Source: a virus. From it: a stretch of DNA of 64,000 bases. This document shows, piece after piece, positions 50,501-61,000 of the stretch (positions within the stretch are counted from its first letter, which is position 1; the number at the start of each line of letters is the position of its first letter). Where the stretch lies: positions 10,284 to 74,283 of the IMG/VR virus record IMGVR_UViG_3300044619_001118; one strand, given 5' to 3'. A model generated the notes under the pieces. The model searched no databases and had not been told where the DNA came from. It was given only the letters and a program-made list of their open reading frames with translations. A program made the position numbers and the translations under genes.

Positions 50501-51159
50501 GGATACTTGGTGGAATTGGTAAAATGTTTACCGGTGATTTCATGGGAGGACTAAAACAAATCGGTAGTGCAATTACTGAATACATAATGACACCTATTAA
50601 TTTTGTTAAAGGTTTATTTGAAGGATTTGTTGGTCTGTTTACGGGTATAGCAGATAAGATAAAAGGAGTAATCAAAGATTTACTACCAGGATGGGCATTG
50701 GATATATTAGGATTGGGTGAAGAGTCTGCACCAGCAACATCTGGTGGTAGCAAATCAGAGTCAGTTCAAGTTGCAGCTGCGGCGAAGGGTGGTGAAGTTG
50801 CAAAGGGTGGTATGATGTTAGTTGGTGAAAAAGGACCGGAGATTGTTACATTACCACAAGGTGCCTCTGTTGCATCCACCAGTGCAGGAGAACAAACTGG
50901 TGGAATATTAAGTGCAATGGGTGTTGACGATATGGGTGGCACATCTGGTGGAATCGCCACATCAGGAAACGGTGGTGGTAATAATATGTCAAATGTAGAA
51001 AAGAAACTGGACACACTTATTACATTATTCTCACAAGCTGCAAACCAACCAACAGTTATCAAGTTTGGTGATAAGACCGTGGAAGAAATTAAAGGTCAAC
51101 TAAACTTCAAAAAAGCATATACGATAGGAACGGATAATAGTTATGGTCGTTCAATCTAA
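47515..51159 (+). CDS. Tape measure protein
   Basis: 1214 aa: coiled-coil N-terminus, helical TMP core, amphipathic I/F/G/P repeats, AKGG.V....VGEKGPEIV C-terminal motif. Position after the tube and chaperone genes. Confidence 0.85.
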   Translation: MAKETQNNKNDGELIKLRRQELGVTQEIMNLRKKLESLSARDLSNIKEIEKLKKSILNLETKKSEISKKLIDSDEKVKKIKEDTLDTVEKTAKKEKEQVDLTKEHQKQLRENKKILNDVQDTSADIQNLTKQLLKDDKSRNDLVDRLNGAYQVSQGLVQSIQSGVKDTSEEYKNFVSIGKDVQSLLLSSVNLEAQINESRKMASQGMYDEVDVREQESLLRKINIELEDEDVKLTKEKREQLEMARDIAMESIDIAKKQNEINEEAAKIAEGHNKSISNSSELLGGLFDKTEGLVSKLPGGDKLLKVFGFEKMKSQINENLGGTLTNVINGFKEGGVSGFKALGQGAMQFGKTLLMGPQAAIFGILAAVALVVDMFMDLDGAVSEVQKELGGTKKEALAAHEAAHDMAHEMNLVGVNTKEVVKGMSTVSEIMGGIDVKNMMQAPGMKEMVKDATLLSEKFGMSKEEIENVHTLSTITGKSMSTLAGEAIQVAGGVMKTKDAVKLLGGISKDVAISFKGGTKELIAAAAKAKLLGTDLKKVKDIGMGMLDIETSLEKEMEARAILGRDINLDRAREAALSGDVATLQDELLTQAGSLKQFQDGGPLKQKALADAMGMTVEEMTDMLTKAEEMNKLGLDKQLQEKLANATAEEKAAIYKKQAETLQGEARDLALRKAAEEESASTAEKFGDIMTKIKETAMKLVTPILDMVHGLMDGATQGGGLLDVFDGIISTLKPIMEIIFGIGKIIFQSLIFPFKLVFSIVSPIIDAVKEVFSAFSSGEKDATSISDIFDGIAGVMSTIQDVVGGIVKVFIGGLIEPGKILWKSIITPLWETFKGIYDTLSKAFEPLFAATGEGEKTAGVMETIKKVISSLSPVLEVIGGLIAGVIMKPFEMFANLIQIVIKLFTGDMTGAVDKLGEYLFDYFLGIPEMVITAVSKIIDGIFGTNLTAGVTDFFAFIKDGFKSIAGLIEPIFGFIKKIGGLIIDNIMAPFKFVWGILGGIGKMFTGDFMGGLKQIGSAITEYIMTPINFVKGLFEGFVGLFTGIADKIKGVIKDLLPGWALDILGLGEESAPATSGGSKSESVQVAAAAKGGEVAKGGMMLVGEKGPEIVTLPQGASVASTSAGEQTGGILSAMGVDDMGGTSGGIATSGNGGGNNMSNVEKKLDTLITLFSQAANQPTVIKFGDKTVEEIKGQLNFKKAYTIGTDNSYGRSI

Positions 51160-51203
51160 TAATCCAACGTTTTAGATATTTATTGTAAATAACAGGTATC
51201 AAA

Positions 51204-54200
51204 ATGGCATTATTAGATTTATCATCCGACTTATCAAGATTTCGTTCCGAAACTTCAAAAGAGGCAAAAAATACTCCTGAAGCTTCGAAGGCAACGAACA
51301 ATAAGAATTTTGCAACGATGCAACCTATAACTCAAAAGTTGTCATCGTTCTCCCCTACAATCAATAAGGTTGAAACCAAAAAGTTAGAAGACAATCTTGG
51401 TTCCACCCGATTGGATGATATACGTAAATTTGCGATGGAGAACCTCCTAATAAATTCTGTATCCAGATTCTCAGATGTAAATCTTGCCTTTAAAGAAGAA
51501 AGTTTAGGACAGATTTCAACAGAACAAGTTGCATCCAGATACAACAAATTGCAACAAGGTGGATTTGTTAGTCGCCTTGATAAATCAAATACTCTTGTTG
51601 TAAAGACAACACAAGGAACAAACAATCTAACTTCTCCAATTGATATAGTTGTAAATAAGAATGATGCATCGGATAACATTCAAAATCCGAATATAAACAT
51701 CACACCGTCTAAACTTACATTTGACCGAGCAAACACAACTCCAAATATCAAACCAGTTGTTGGTGATGCCACAGATAATATCACGAATCCAAACATTGAT
51801 ATAATTCCGGGTCAACTTACATTTGATAGAAGTAACTCAAGTCCAAATATTTCGGTAAACAAAAATGATGCATCCGATAATATTACAAACCCAGATGTTG
51901 TAATCAACAATGTTCCTTTAACATTTGATAGAACAAAGTCCAGTCCAAATTTAGTTATCAAACAAGATGATGCAATTGACAATATCACAAATCCAAATGT
52001 TGATATAGTAAAGAAGGCACTTTCATTTGATAGAACAAAACAATCTGTAAACATTAATACTGATTTGGTTTCTCCGATTAACAACATCGTTGACCCAAAG
52101 ATTGCACTGGAAACAACAACACTTGTTTTTGATAGAAAGAATGAAACACCAAACATAATAACCGATACAATAAAAGAAGGTTTGGTTACTGACCCTAATA
52201 CAAAAACATTCAAAGTCGAGAATGGTAAATTCCATTTGACAGATGAAAGTAGATTGAATCCTGATGGTATGCCAATTAAATTTGTTGTATCATCAAAACT
52301 TGTAAACAAAAGACCACAACAAGATGTGGATGTAAAAGTTTACAATCAACAATCACAACAACTAAAGGACAACAGTCGTTTAAATGTTGATAAGGTAGAA
52401 AAAACAATACCATCTGGTAGAAATGAAGACCCAAACAAATCAAAGTTTGCAATAATTGGAACTCAAAGTGTAAACTTCTTCCCAGATACAAACGGAAGTG
52501 GATTTACAACAAAACCACAAAAAGGTGTTTCTCTTTATACAGACAGTTCTGAATATAGTTGGAAAGGTAGTAGAAACGATGCACCTTCAACGAATTTCAT
52601 TACAGATGTAAATGGAGTTGGTTTCAATACATTTGTTAAGAACAATGAAACTCTTTACAAAAATGAAACATCCATTTATGGTTTCACTAAGATACCAGAA
52701 ACTAATTTCTTTGATGTTAATCAAAACTATACAAGTGAAGGATTTAAATCTTTTGTAAGTCAATTGAAATCGGTGTTTCAAAAAGACTCCTCATCTTACA
52801 CATTTAAAGGTAGTCCACAAAATGCACCTGAAACAAACTTCTTTGATGTTTCTGGTAACAACACATCAAAAGGGTTTGAAAAGTTTACACAGCAACTTGT
52901 AAGTAGATACATTAAAGATTCATCAAGATTTGATTTTGATGGTTCAAACCAAAATGCACCTGAAACAAACTTCTTTGATGTTAATGGAACATATACAACA
53001 AAGGGATTTGAAAAATTTACTCAAAAATTACAAAGTAAGTATGTAAGAGATGTTTCTGCATTTGGATTTGCTGGTTCAAAACAAAGTGCACCAACTACGG
53101 ATTTTTTTGATAATTCAAAGGCAAGTGGATTTACAAAGTTTCCACAAAAAATGCAATCGGAGTATTCAAGAGATTCTTCCGAATTTATATTTAAGGGAAC
53201 AACACCGAAAGCTGTAAATTTCTTTGATAATACATCGGCAGATGGATTCACGAATAAGATTGGTAAACTTGAAAGTAAATATAAGAAAGACATTTCTGGT
53301 TTTACATTTAAGGGGACTCTACCAAAACCAGTTGATTTCTTCCAAAATACAAATGCAGTTGGATTTGAAAACAAGATACAACAAAATGTAACAAAATACA
53401 AAAAGGATAGTTCCAATTTTACATTTAAGGGAACAACTCCAAAATCAGTTGACTTTTTTGATAATTCAAATGCAACTGGATTCACTAATAAAATCGCTAA
53501 GAATGAAACGAAATACATTCCAGATTCAAGTGAGTTTACATTTAAAGGTTCTTCGCAAAATGCACTGACGGTAAATTACATACCAGATACATTCAATGCT
53601 GGATTTACGAAGTTTCCAAAGTCATTAGAATCGGAATATATAACAGATGTTTCAAGATATGGATTCAAAGGAACTCGTGCAACTGCACCGAATGCAGATT
53701 TCCTAACAAATACAAATGGAAAGGGATTTACAAATTTAGTACAATCATTAGAAACAGATTACGATGTAAAATCAAGTAAGTTCACTTGGGTAGGAAGTAG
53801 ACAACAAGCACCTGCCGTTGATTTCTTCAAGATACCCGGTAACAATCCAAATGGAATTAGTGGATTTGATACATTATTTGATGATAAAACAAAAACAAAA
53901 TACTCAGATAGTTTATCATCACTTTCAATAGAAAGTTCAAATAACAAATCAACCGTTAGAAATGTTCCGTTTACAACGTTCTTTGGTTACAGACCCGCCG
54001 AACGTTCTGGATTTATGGTAAACATGAGTACATTTGATGGTACGTTATATCCTATAATAGAACCAAAATTAAAATATAGCGATAGTCAAGGAACAAGATT
54101 TTCCGTTGCATCTGCACGGTCTGTTTCTGGTGGATTATCGAGTGTTGATTTAGAAACATATGCACCACTTTCTCTTGGTAAAAGACCGTGGGCAAATGGA

Positions 54201-56711
54201 ACATTGTTTTCAACACTTGACACACAAGTACCGAATATAAAGACAAAGGGAATTGCAGGTTCATACTCAAACAAATACGAACGTGGTGTAAAAGATAACA
54301 CAGAACGCCAAGGGTATCTTACAAAATGGGCAACCACAAGAAATTCACCATCTCCTTTAGATGAGCAGTATCTTAAATATAAGCTTCAAAACGAATCCGT
54401 AAATAGAGAAGTTGCTGCATTTAATCAACCATATGTTGTTCGTGGAATTCAACGAGATGGTGCAGTTGAAAATCAACGTTGGGGATTTGGTGTAACATTT
54501 GACGATGGGATAGTTCGAGGTGGTGCGGTAACACAAGCGGAAAGAATACTTCAAGATGTATTTCGTATAGGTAAATTCACTGCAAGTGTTAAAGGCGGAT
54601 TATTCGTAGTAAAACAACTTGGATTACAGGCAATGAATCCGGCCGTTGATGTTGACCCTAAAACTCCAACGAGTGGATTGTTTGGAGTATCTGCAACATT
54701 AGGATATAATCCATTAACGATGTTGGCAAACGTGGCAACTGCAAGAGGTGGTGTTCATTTAGCAAGACATGGTTTGTTCCCATTTGACTCGGACTACTTA
54801 AACAAATACGGAAAAGCAACTTCAAATAGAGAATTAAATCAGAGATTTATAGACCCTGCATATAAAGCATTTGAAAATTTAGCAACACCAAATGAAGCAC
54901 TAAGAGACCCCGGTGGTTATAGTAGATTGATTGGATTGATGAAAGAACTTTTACCAAATTCATTCAAACCTACTAATAAAGAAAAATCACCAAGTATGGC
55001 ACAACAACTAAAAGAATTGGTTGGTATATCTTCTATTGCAAGAATATCCAGTACATTTGGTGGTGCCCAATCTTATTTTGGAATCGGTGGTACATCTATT
55101 CGTCGTGCAGGTCACCCATATTTGACAAATTACACAACATCCCCAACATTGGAGAAATCTGTTTCTGGCGGTACAGCCGAAGATATTTTAAACGCAGTAT
55201 CACAGACACAACCGCAATATTTGGATTCTGCAAAAAGAGATACATATTATGCAGCAACAAAAGTATATGGACAACAGGATGTTGGTAATATTGGTGAAAA
55301 GGACTTAAAACAACTTACTTATACTTTGGGTGGAGCAAAAATATCCGGTGAAGAAAGTAATAATGGTGATAGAAATAAGATTGGAATCCAGTCAGAAATA
55401 ATTGATGGTATAGAAAAATATAATCCATTCACCCCAAAATATCCTGTTCCTGCCGATAAGTTTAAGAAAAAAACAGGAAACACTTTTAAAGAAACTTTAA
55501 ATGATGGACCCAATCCATATGATGTGGATTCATCAAATCTAATAAAACAGTATAGAACGGTATCTTATGGTAAACTTCAAAAAGCAAAGAAAGGTGTTGC
55601 AGGCAGGTCTAACACATTTAATGATTTTAGACATGATTTGACATTAAGTGGCTCAGAGTCGTTTATAACAAATCCAAGCGTCGCAAGATATGATTCTCGT
55701 AATTTAGAAGATTACTTTGGTCTTGGTAAACAAGGGAAAGTTGGTGCTCAAAGAAATTTGCCTTTCGTCACAAACATAGAATATAGAGCTGGTTCTACAC
55801 AACCAATTGTAAAATCAAACCAAGAGTTTAGAGGCGATAGAATCAATATAATAGATTATAAACGTCATGATAAGCCTCTATCAAAAGATTTGGTATATGA
55901 AAAAGGAACTTATAATAATGCGGCACTACCAGGTGCGGAAGATTTCGTCGAATTTTATTTCAGCTCCATTACATTAAATGGTAGCAAAAATAATCCAGCA
56001 GAGGCAATAGTATTCCGTGCAACATTTGATAGTATAACAGATAATCATAAACCAAGCTGGAGCTCCGTTAAATACATGGGACGGGCAGACCCACTTTATG
56101 TTTATCAAGGATATGAGCGTTCTATTTCATTTGGATTTACCGTTCACATCGGTTCTCGTGACGAAATGAAGGCATCTTGGAGAAAGTTAAATTATCTTGC
56201 GTCTTGGACTGCACCTGAATATACAAAGGCCGGTTTTATTAAAGGGCCGATGATTAGATTGAACATAGGTAATTTATACAGAAAAATGCCTGGTTATTTG
56301 GCAAATCTTACATATACTTTCGATAATACACAGACAAATTGGGAAACCGCAAAGTTGGTGGAAGACCAAAAACTATCAGGACAAAATTCATCATTATCAA
56401 TGCCTGGTGTTTTACAATTACCAAAAACTATTCAAGTTTCTTGTGAGTTTGTCCCAGTTGGTGTATATCGACCAGAATATGGTGGAACTATGTATTCTCT
56501 ATTTGATGATACAACTGGTGGTGGTATAGAGAATGGATTGATGCCCACTGAAAAGGGTAAGGTAAATTATTTTAAAACGTTTGATAATGATACTCTCGAT
56601 AGTAGTGACAATACTGCATATTTACCAATACCACCTGGTAAAGAAACAGAAATACCAACTCAAACTGGTAACGTTGACAAATTATTTGATGTAAGTGGAA
56701 GCTCAGTATAA
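51204..56711 (+). CDS. Large baseplate / tube-initiator protein with repeat-rich N-terminus
   Basis: C-terminal FRA....ITD.....W....YMGRADP.Y.YQGYERSISF.F...LNYLAS...P.IRL.IG..Y...PG (tube-like fold), preceded by two repeat families. Confidence 0.7.
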   Translation: MALLDLSSDLSRFRSETSKEAKNTPEASKATNNKNFATMQPITQKLSSFSPTINKVETKKLEDNLGSTRLDDIRKFAMENLLINSVSRFSDVNLAFKEESLGQISTEQVASRYNKLQQGGFVSRLDKSNTLVVKTTQGTNNLTSPIDIVVNKNDASDNIQNPNINITPSKLTFDRANTTPNIKPVVGDATDNITNPNIDIIPGQLTFDRSNSSPNISVNKNDASDNITNPDVVINNVPLTFDRTKSSPNLVIKQDDAIDNITNPNVDIVKKALSFDRTKQSVNINTDLVSPINNIVDPKIALETTTLVFDRKNETPNIITDTIKEGLVTDPNTKTFKVENGKFHLTDESRLNPDGMPIKFVVSSKLVNKRPQQDVDVKVYNQQSQQLKDNSRLNVDKVEKTIPSGRNEDPNKSKFAIIGTQSVNFFPDTNGSGFTTKPQKGVSLYTDSSEYSWKGSRNDAPSTNFITDVNGVGFNTFVKNNETLYKNETSIYGFTKIPETNFFDVNQNYTSEGFKSFVSQLKSVFQKDSSSYTFKGSPQNAPETNFFDVSGNNTSKGFEKFTQQLVSRYIKDSSRFDFDGSNQNAPETNFFDVNGTYTTKGFEKFTQKLQSKYVRDVSAFGFAGSKQSAPTTDFFDNSKASGFTKFPQKMQSEYSRDSSEFIFKGTTPKAVNFFDNTSADGFTNKIGKLESKYKKDISGFTFKGTLPKPVDFFQNTNAVGFENKIQQNVTKYKKDSSNFTFKGTTPKSVDFFDNSNATGFTNKIAKNETKYIPDSSEFTFKGSSQNALTVNYIPDTFNAGFTKFPKSLESEYITDVSRYGFKGTRATAPNADFLTNTNGKGFTNLVQSLETDYDVKSSKFTWVGSRQQAPAVDFFKIPGNNPNGISGFDTLFDDKTKTKYSDSLSSLSIESSNNKSTVRNVPFTTFFGYRPAERSGFMVNMSTFDGTLYPIIEPKLKYSDSQGTRFSVASARSVSGGLSSVDLETYAPLSLGKRPWANGTLFSTLDTQVPNIKTKGIAGSYSNKYERGVKDNTERQGYLTKWATTRNSPSPLDEQYLKYKLQNESVNREVAAFNQPYVVRGIQRDGAVENQRWGFGVTFDDGIVRGGAVTQAERILQDVFRIGKFTASVKGGLFVVKQLGLQAMNPAVDVDPKTPTSGLFGVSATLGYNPLTMLANVATARGGVHLARHGLFPFDSDYLNKYGKATSNRELNQRFIDPAYKAFENLATPNEALRDPGGYSRLIGLMKELLPNSFKPTNKEKSPSMAQQLKELVGISSIARISSTFGGAQSYFGIGGTSIRRAGHPYLTNYTTSPTLEKSVSGGTAEDILNAVSQTQPQYLDSAKRDTYYAATKVYGQQDVGNIGEKDLKQLTYTLGGAKISGEESNNGDRNKIGIQSEIIDGIEKYNPFTPKYPVPADKFKKKTGNTFKETLNDGPNPYDVDSSNLIKQYRTVSYGKLQKAKKGVAGRSNTFNDFRHDLTLSGSESFITNPSVARYDSRNLEDYFGLGKQGKVGAQRNLPFVTNIEYRAGSTQPIVKSNQEFRGDRINIIDYKRHDKPLSKDLVYEKGTYNNAALPGAEDFVEFYFSSITLNGSKNNPAEAIVFRATFDSITDNHKPSWSSVKYMGRADPLYVYQGYERSISFGFTVHIGSRDEMKASWRKLNYLASWTAPEYTKAGFIKGPMIRLNIGNLYRKMPGYLANLTYTFDNTQTNWETAKLVEDQKLSGQNSSLSMPGVLQLPKTIQVSCEFVPVGVYRPEYGGTMYSLFDDTTGGGIENGLMPTEKGKVNYFKTFDNDTLDSSDNTAYLPIPPGKETEIPTQTGNVDKLFDVSGSSV
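51664..52170 (+). repeat. Five 34-aa coding repeats (DA.DNI.NP...LTFDR....PNI)
   Basis: Read from the translation. Confidence 0.8.
52464..53880 (+). repeat. About twelve 37-44-aa coding repeats (NFFD....GF......S.Y..D.S.F.FKG)
   Basis: Read from the translation. Confidence 0.8.
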
Positions 56712-56726
56712 ATAAGGATTTAAAAA

Positions 56727-57062
56727 ATGTCAAACAGATATGAAAAATCGTATTTAATACCAAATGCTAGGAAAGTAGAATCTGACGGAAATGTAAAAAC
56801 TGTCCGTAGAATCTCCACAGTAATGTACCCCAATTTTAATACACCTGAAGATACACAAATAGTTTCACAGGAAGGTGATAGATTAGACCTCCTAGCGAAA
56901 GAATATTACGGTGATGAAAGTTTATGGTTTACAATTGCTCGTGCAAATGGTTTAGGTAAGGGCAGTATGATGGTCCCAGCTGGGAAAATAATTAGAATAC
57001 CATTCTATCAAGATTTTACAGGTATAAGTGCACTGTTAAATAGTTTCAATGAGGATAGATAA
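56727..57062 (+). CDS. LysM-like baseplate wedge protein (gp53 / tail X-like)
   Basis: EGDRLDLLAKEYYGDESLWFTIARAN...G..IRIP. Confidence 0.85.
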   Translation: MSNRYEKSYLIPNARKVESDGNVKTVRRISTVMYPNFNTPEDTQIVSQEGDRLDLLAKEYYGDESLWFTIARANGLGKGSMMVPAGKIIRIPFYQDFTGISALLNSFNEDR

Positions 57063-59083
57063 TGCCAAAAATTGGTGAGAAATATGTAAATCCATTTTAC
57101 CAACAGGTGGATGGTTTTGTTAGAAATGAATTAAATACCCGTGCCTCCTATTACGGTAGAAGAGTACGGAGTGCTGGTCAATCTGTTCCTAAAAATCTTC
57201 TTTGGTCATATGAAAAAGTTGCATGGGGACACGTTATTTCGGTCGATTATCCAAATATTAAACTTGGATTTCCTGGGTCAAAGGTGATGTCAGATAAAGA
57301 GGGTAATTTGACACTATATAGTTCACAACGCAACGTTCCTAAAAAACCACTTTTGACAGGAATAGAAATATCAAACGAAGGAACTATGGGTTCTCTTTTA
57401 AAAGGTAAATTTACCTTTACAGTTTTTCCAGTATTGACTTCAAATGGATTTGATTTAGGAACACTTGAAAAGGCATTTTTTACACCAGGTAAAGAAGTTG
57501 AAGTTTCTTGGGGATGGAGTGTTGCTGCAAATAATCAACAAGCTTGTTCTCAACAATTTACTGGTATCATTTATAATTTCAACTGGACGTTTAATAATGA
57601 TATGTCTATAACTGCCGATGTTTCTATTGTATCTGCTGCAAGTATAGCAATGGGTCAATCGGGTGACCAATCCGTCCTTAAAAAAGAGGAAGGACAAGAA
57701 GGTTCTGACCCAGCTGGTAAGGCATTAAACCCCGGACAAAATCTTATTAAAGTAATTGACAATGATTTGGCACAACTCACGGGTTCAAATATTCTGACAA
57801 AAGGACAATCAAAATACATAGGTGTAAAAGATACCACTTCAAAATATTTGGATTATATTGTAATAGGACTACCATTTCAAGAATCGGCCGATAGTCAAAC
57901 TAATCCTAATCAAAAAACTCCACCGGTAGATAAAACTTTTTGGTATGTATCACTCGGTCGGATTGCTGAATTTGCACAAAAATTAATATCGGATACGGAG
58001 TTTGCCCGAATATACTCAATACAATGTGTTAATAATGAAACTGATTATAACAAGGATATAAAGTCCGCATATCCAATTGACGTTTATTTTCCAGATAATG
58101 AAATGGGTTCATACGGAGACCTACAACCATTTCCAGATTCTGGAAATTCTCAATTAAGAACATTTTTTAACGATTCTGGTGTTGGTAGTGTTCAAGAAAA
58201 TGTAATCAATATAGGAAATATCTTACTTGGAGTTGATTATGTTAAAAAAACATATGGAGAGTTTGTAGTAGATAATGCAACAAATATACCTTATAAGAAT
58301 ATAACAAATTTCTTTGATACTCTTATAAAAAAAATAAATGTGGCGAGTGGTGACATTTATCAATTAACTCCACAAATGTACGAACCAAGACCACCGTCTG
58401 GAAAAATAAATTCAACTGCTGAAAAAATTGGTTCAACGGACTCACCCAAAGCGATTCTTTCAATAGAAGATTCGAATCTATCAAAAAAACATACTGAAAC
58501 AGTGATTCCATACAAATTTGAAGGCACTATATTTAAACCACTAATCAAAAACATACAAATTTCATCAAAACCACCAGGACCTCTCGCAACAGCAGCATTC
58601 GTACAGGCTAGAGACGGGAAGGCAACTCCTGTTAATAGTGATGTTTCAACATCAAGAAAGTCTGACAAAGAACTTTCTAAATTCACCGAAGAGTATAAAA
58701 AAACTGAAGATGAAATTAAAAATAGTGTAAAAGATGCATATGCCACTGGTTTTAATGATGCTTGGTCAGAGGGTTATCGTGGGAATCTTGTAAAGATAAA
58801 AAAATTAAAAACTGAACCTAATGGTAAAAATGGCGCACACTGGTTGAATCAGGCAATTTATCCAGTTGATTTATCCATAACAATAGACGGTATATCTGGA
58901 TTTAAATTTGGTGATGTTATTACCACAACTCTAATTCCAAAAGAATATTATGAAAAATACAAAATGGTTTTTACTGTCACTAAAATAACACATAGTATAA
59001 AAGATGGAACATGGGAAACAACACTAAGTACAAAATCTCGAATCAGTATGGATGGTACAGAAGGTAATCAGAACATGGGATAA
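57062..59083 (+). CDS. Putative baseplate hub protein
   Basis: G..GSL.K..F.F.V, PG..V.V.WGWS, NFNW.FN.D, P..LSITIDGISG.K.G, F.VT.I.H.I....WET. Confidence 0.65.
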   Translation: MPKIGEKYVNPFYQQVDGFVRNELNTRASYYGRRVRSAGQSVPKNLLWSYEKVAWGHVISVDYPNIKLGFPGSKVMSDKEGNLTLYSSQRNVPKKPLLTGIEISNEGTMGSLLKGKFTFTVFPVLTSNGFDLGTLEKAFFTPGKEVEVSWGWSVAANNQQACSQQFTGIIYNFNWTFNNDMSITADVSIVSAASIAMGQSGDQSVLKKEEGQEGSDPAGKALNPGQNLIKVIDNDLAQLTGSNILTKGQSKYIGVKDTTSKYLDYIVIGLPFQESADSQTNPNQKTPPVDKTFWYVSLGRIAEFAQKLISDTEFARIYSIQCVNNETDYNKDIKSAYPIDVYFPDNEMGSYGDLQPFPDSGNSQLRTFFNDSGVGSVQENVINIGNILLGVDYVKKTYGEFVVDNATNIPYKNITNFFDTLIKKINVASGDIYQLTPQMYEPRPPSGKINSTAEKIGSTDSPKAILSIEDSNLSKKHTETVIPYKFEGTIFKPLIKNIQISSKPPGPLATAAFVQARDGKATPVNSDVSTSRKSDKELSKFTEEYKKTEDEIKNSVKDAYATGFNDAWSEGYRGNLVKIKKLKTEPNGKNGAHWLNQAIYPVDLSITIDGISGFKFGDVITTTLIPKEYYEKYKMVFTVTKITHSIKDGTWETTLSTKSRISMDGTEGNQNMG

Positions 59084-59086
59084 ATT

Positions 59087-59743
59087 ATGGCATTTCGTAA
59101 AAAAATATATTACCCCGAAAATCAAATTGAGAGAAATCTTTTCACAAAAGGAAAAGAGTGGATGACTCTTGACGATTGGAAAGAATACAATGGGTTTTAT
59201 CACCAGTATGCAACTGGTGAAGTTTTTACAGAAAAAGACTGGGACCCAATACGTTCAAAGGCATTAGTTCGATATAGGGATAAACAAGAATCTTATTTTA
59301 AATACTTAGACTTAAAACATTATACTGTTGTTGGTGGTGAGAAGAAATTGATAATCGGTGGTGGTGGAAATCAATTTTATAGATATGTTGCACCTCGTGC
59401 AGTTAAAAGATTGCCAACCGAAGTCGAAAAACAAGACGGAGTAATGACTCGTTATTTTGTTTACAAGAGAAATGAACCAAATCGTGTGTTTTTTGAAGTA
59501 GATAAAGACCAGACAGACGATTATGAAAGAGACCATACAGGTATTAATCAGTATTTATATGGGTTGGTCGAAGTGCCTTGGAAAATAGATGGACCAGAGA
59601 AAGATGTTTATAAAAACGGTTTAGTCATAACGCCCGGTGTTATAGATACAAATCTAAGAATTGTTGATAGATTCTCGGAAAAATTTCCTATATTAAGGAA
59701 ACTTTTAAATAACCCACGAGAATTTACAAAATACGATAAGTAG
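59087..59743 (+). CDS. Hypothetical protein (baseplate region)
   Basis: YYP..QI..NL.T.G.E, Y.G.YH, G...RYF, W.I.GP. Confidence 0.65.
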   Translation: MAFRKKIYYPENQIERNLFTKGKEWMTLDDWKEYNGFYHQYATGEVFTEKDWDPIRSKALVRYRDKQESYFKYLDLKHYTVVGGEKKLIIGGGGNQFYRYVAPRAVKRLPTEVEKQDGVMTRYFVYKRNEPNRVFFEVDKDQTDDYERDHTGINQYLYGLVEVPWKIDGPEKDVYKNGLVITPGVIDTNLRIVDRFSEKFPILRKLLNNPREFTKYDK

Positions 59744-59747
59744 AGTT

Positions 59748-60962
59748 ATGTTTCAAGATACCCCAAGTATCTGTATTCCATTCTTTTCAAACAACAATCT
59801 ACATCCATCCCAAACGGAAGTAGTCGGTTTGTATTTATACTTTACTAATGGAACAACACGTTTAATAAACTTCACCCATCCAGATTCACTTTCATCTGAG
59901 TATGACCTGTCCAATATAAAACTCCACAGAAATTCACTTGTTCTAAACAAAAAAAGTATGTTATATCATACTTTTGAAGAAGGTATAGACCTAAATTCAT
60001 ATCTTCATTATTATATCCATGACCACATCAATATACAAGAATATTATCCAACTGTCATGGAGAATTTCTATTCTAGATTTTATGAATCAAACAAGCTAAC
60101 TAAAATCATACCACTTTCAAAATTGATTGAGTTTGCAGAGAACATCATTCTATTCGTACTTCCGTATTATAAACCAGAAAAGATTTCACAGGAATGTATC
60201 GATTACTGTGAGGAATTTACATACAACTTTAAAAAGATAGAGGACGAAGAAATACCATTTGGTGACGATATGAAAAAGCAAAACTATATGTGGTACACCG
60301 CAACTTCACGTCCAAGTAACTCATGGAACAACTTTAACTTCTCTGCCCTGAATAAAAATGATGGTACACGTAATAAGATTCATTCTAGATTTGAAAACGG
60401 GAAGATAGTTCAGTTTGACTATGATGCTTTTCACATCAAACTACTGGCAAAGATTCTTGATTATAAGTTCACCAAACATCCATATGAAGAAATAAAAGAA
60501 GAGTTGGGACTGGATATTCCATATGACGAAGTAAAGTCAAGGGTATTCCAAAACATCTATGGAACAATTACAGACCAATTCTTACAACACCCATTCTTCC
60601 AAAGAGTTCAAGCAATGATTGATGAACTATATCAAGAGTATGTTGAAAAGGGATATACGGAGTCATATTTCTATCATAAGAGATTCCGTGAAATAGAAGA
60701 CCCAACACCAAATAAGGTCTTCAATTACTTCTTACAATCATTAGAGACGGAATATAACGTTCGTAAATTAAAAACCGTTCTACCGATGTTACAAGACCAA
60801 AGAACGGTATTGTGTATGTACCTCTACGATGCCTTTGTATTTGATGTTCCATCTGATGAAATGGAATTTATACCACAACTTAAACGAGTATTTGAAACGG
60901 ATGGTATGACTACTAAATGCTCTATCGGTGAGAATTTTGGTAGTATTAAAGAATTTAATTGA
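59748..60962 (+). CDS. Compact family-A DNA polymerase-like protein
   Basis: TATSRPSN...NF.AL, motif A FDYDAFH, motif B K...FQ.IYG, NY.LQ, motif C variant YLYDAFVFD. Confidence 0.7.
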   Translation: MFQDTPSICIPFFSNNNLHPSQTEVVGLYLYFTNGTTRLINFTHPDSLSSEYDLSNIKLHRNSLVLNKKSMLYHTFEEGIDLNSYLHYYIHDHINIQEYYPTVMENFYSRFYESNKLTKIIPLSKLIEFAENIILFVLPYYKPEKISQECIDYCEEFTYNFKKIEDEEIPFGDDMKKQNYMWYTATSRPSNSWNNFNFSALNKNDGTRNKIHSRFENGKIVQFDYDAFHIKLLAKILDYKFTKHPYEEIKEELGLDIPYDEVKSRVFQNIYGTITDQFLQHPFFQRVQAMIDELYQEYVEKGYTESYFYHKRFREIEDPTPNKVFNYFLQSLETEYNVRKLKTVLPMLQDQRTVLCMYLYDAFVFDVPSDEMEFIPQLKRVFETDGMTTKCSIGENFGSIKEFN

Positions 60963-61000
60963 TATTTATATGTATCCAAAACTATATGTAAAGGTGATTT

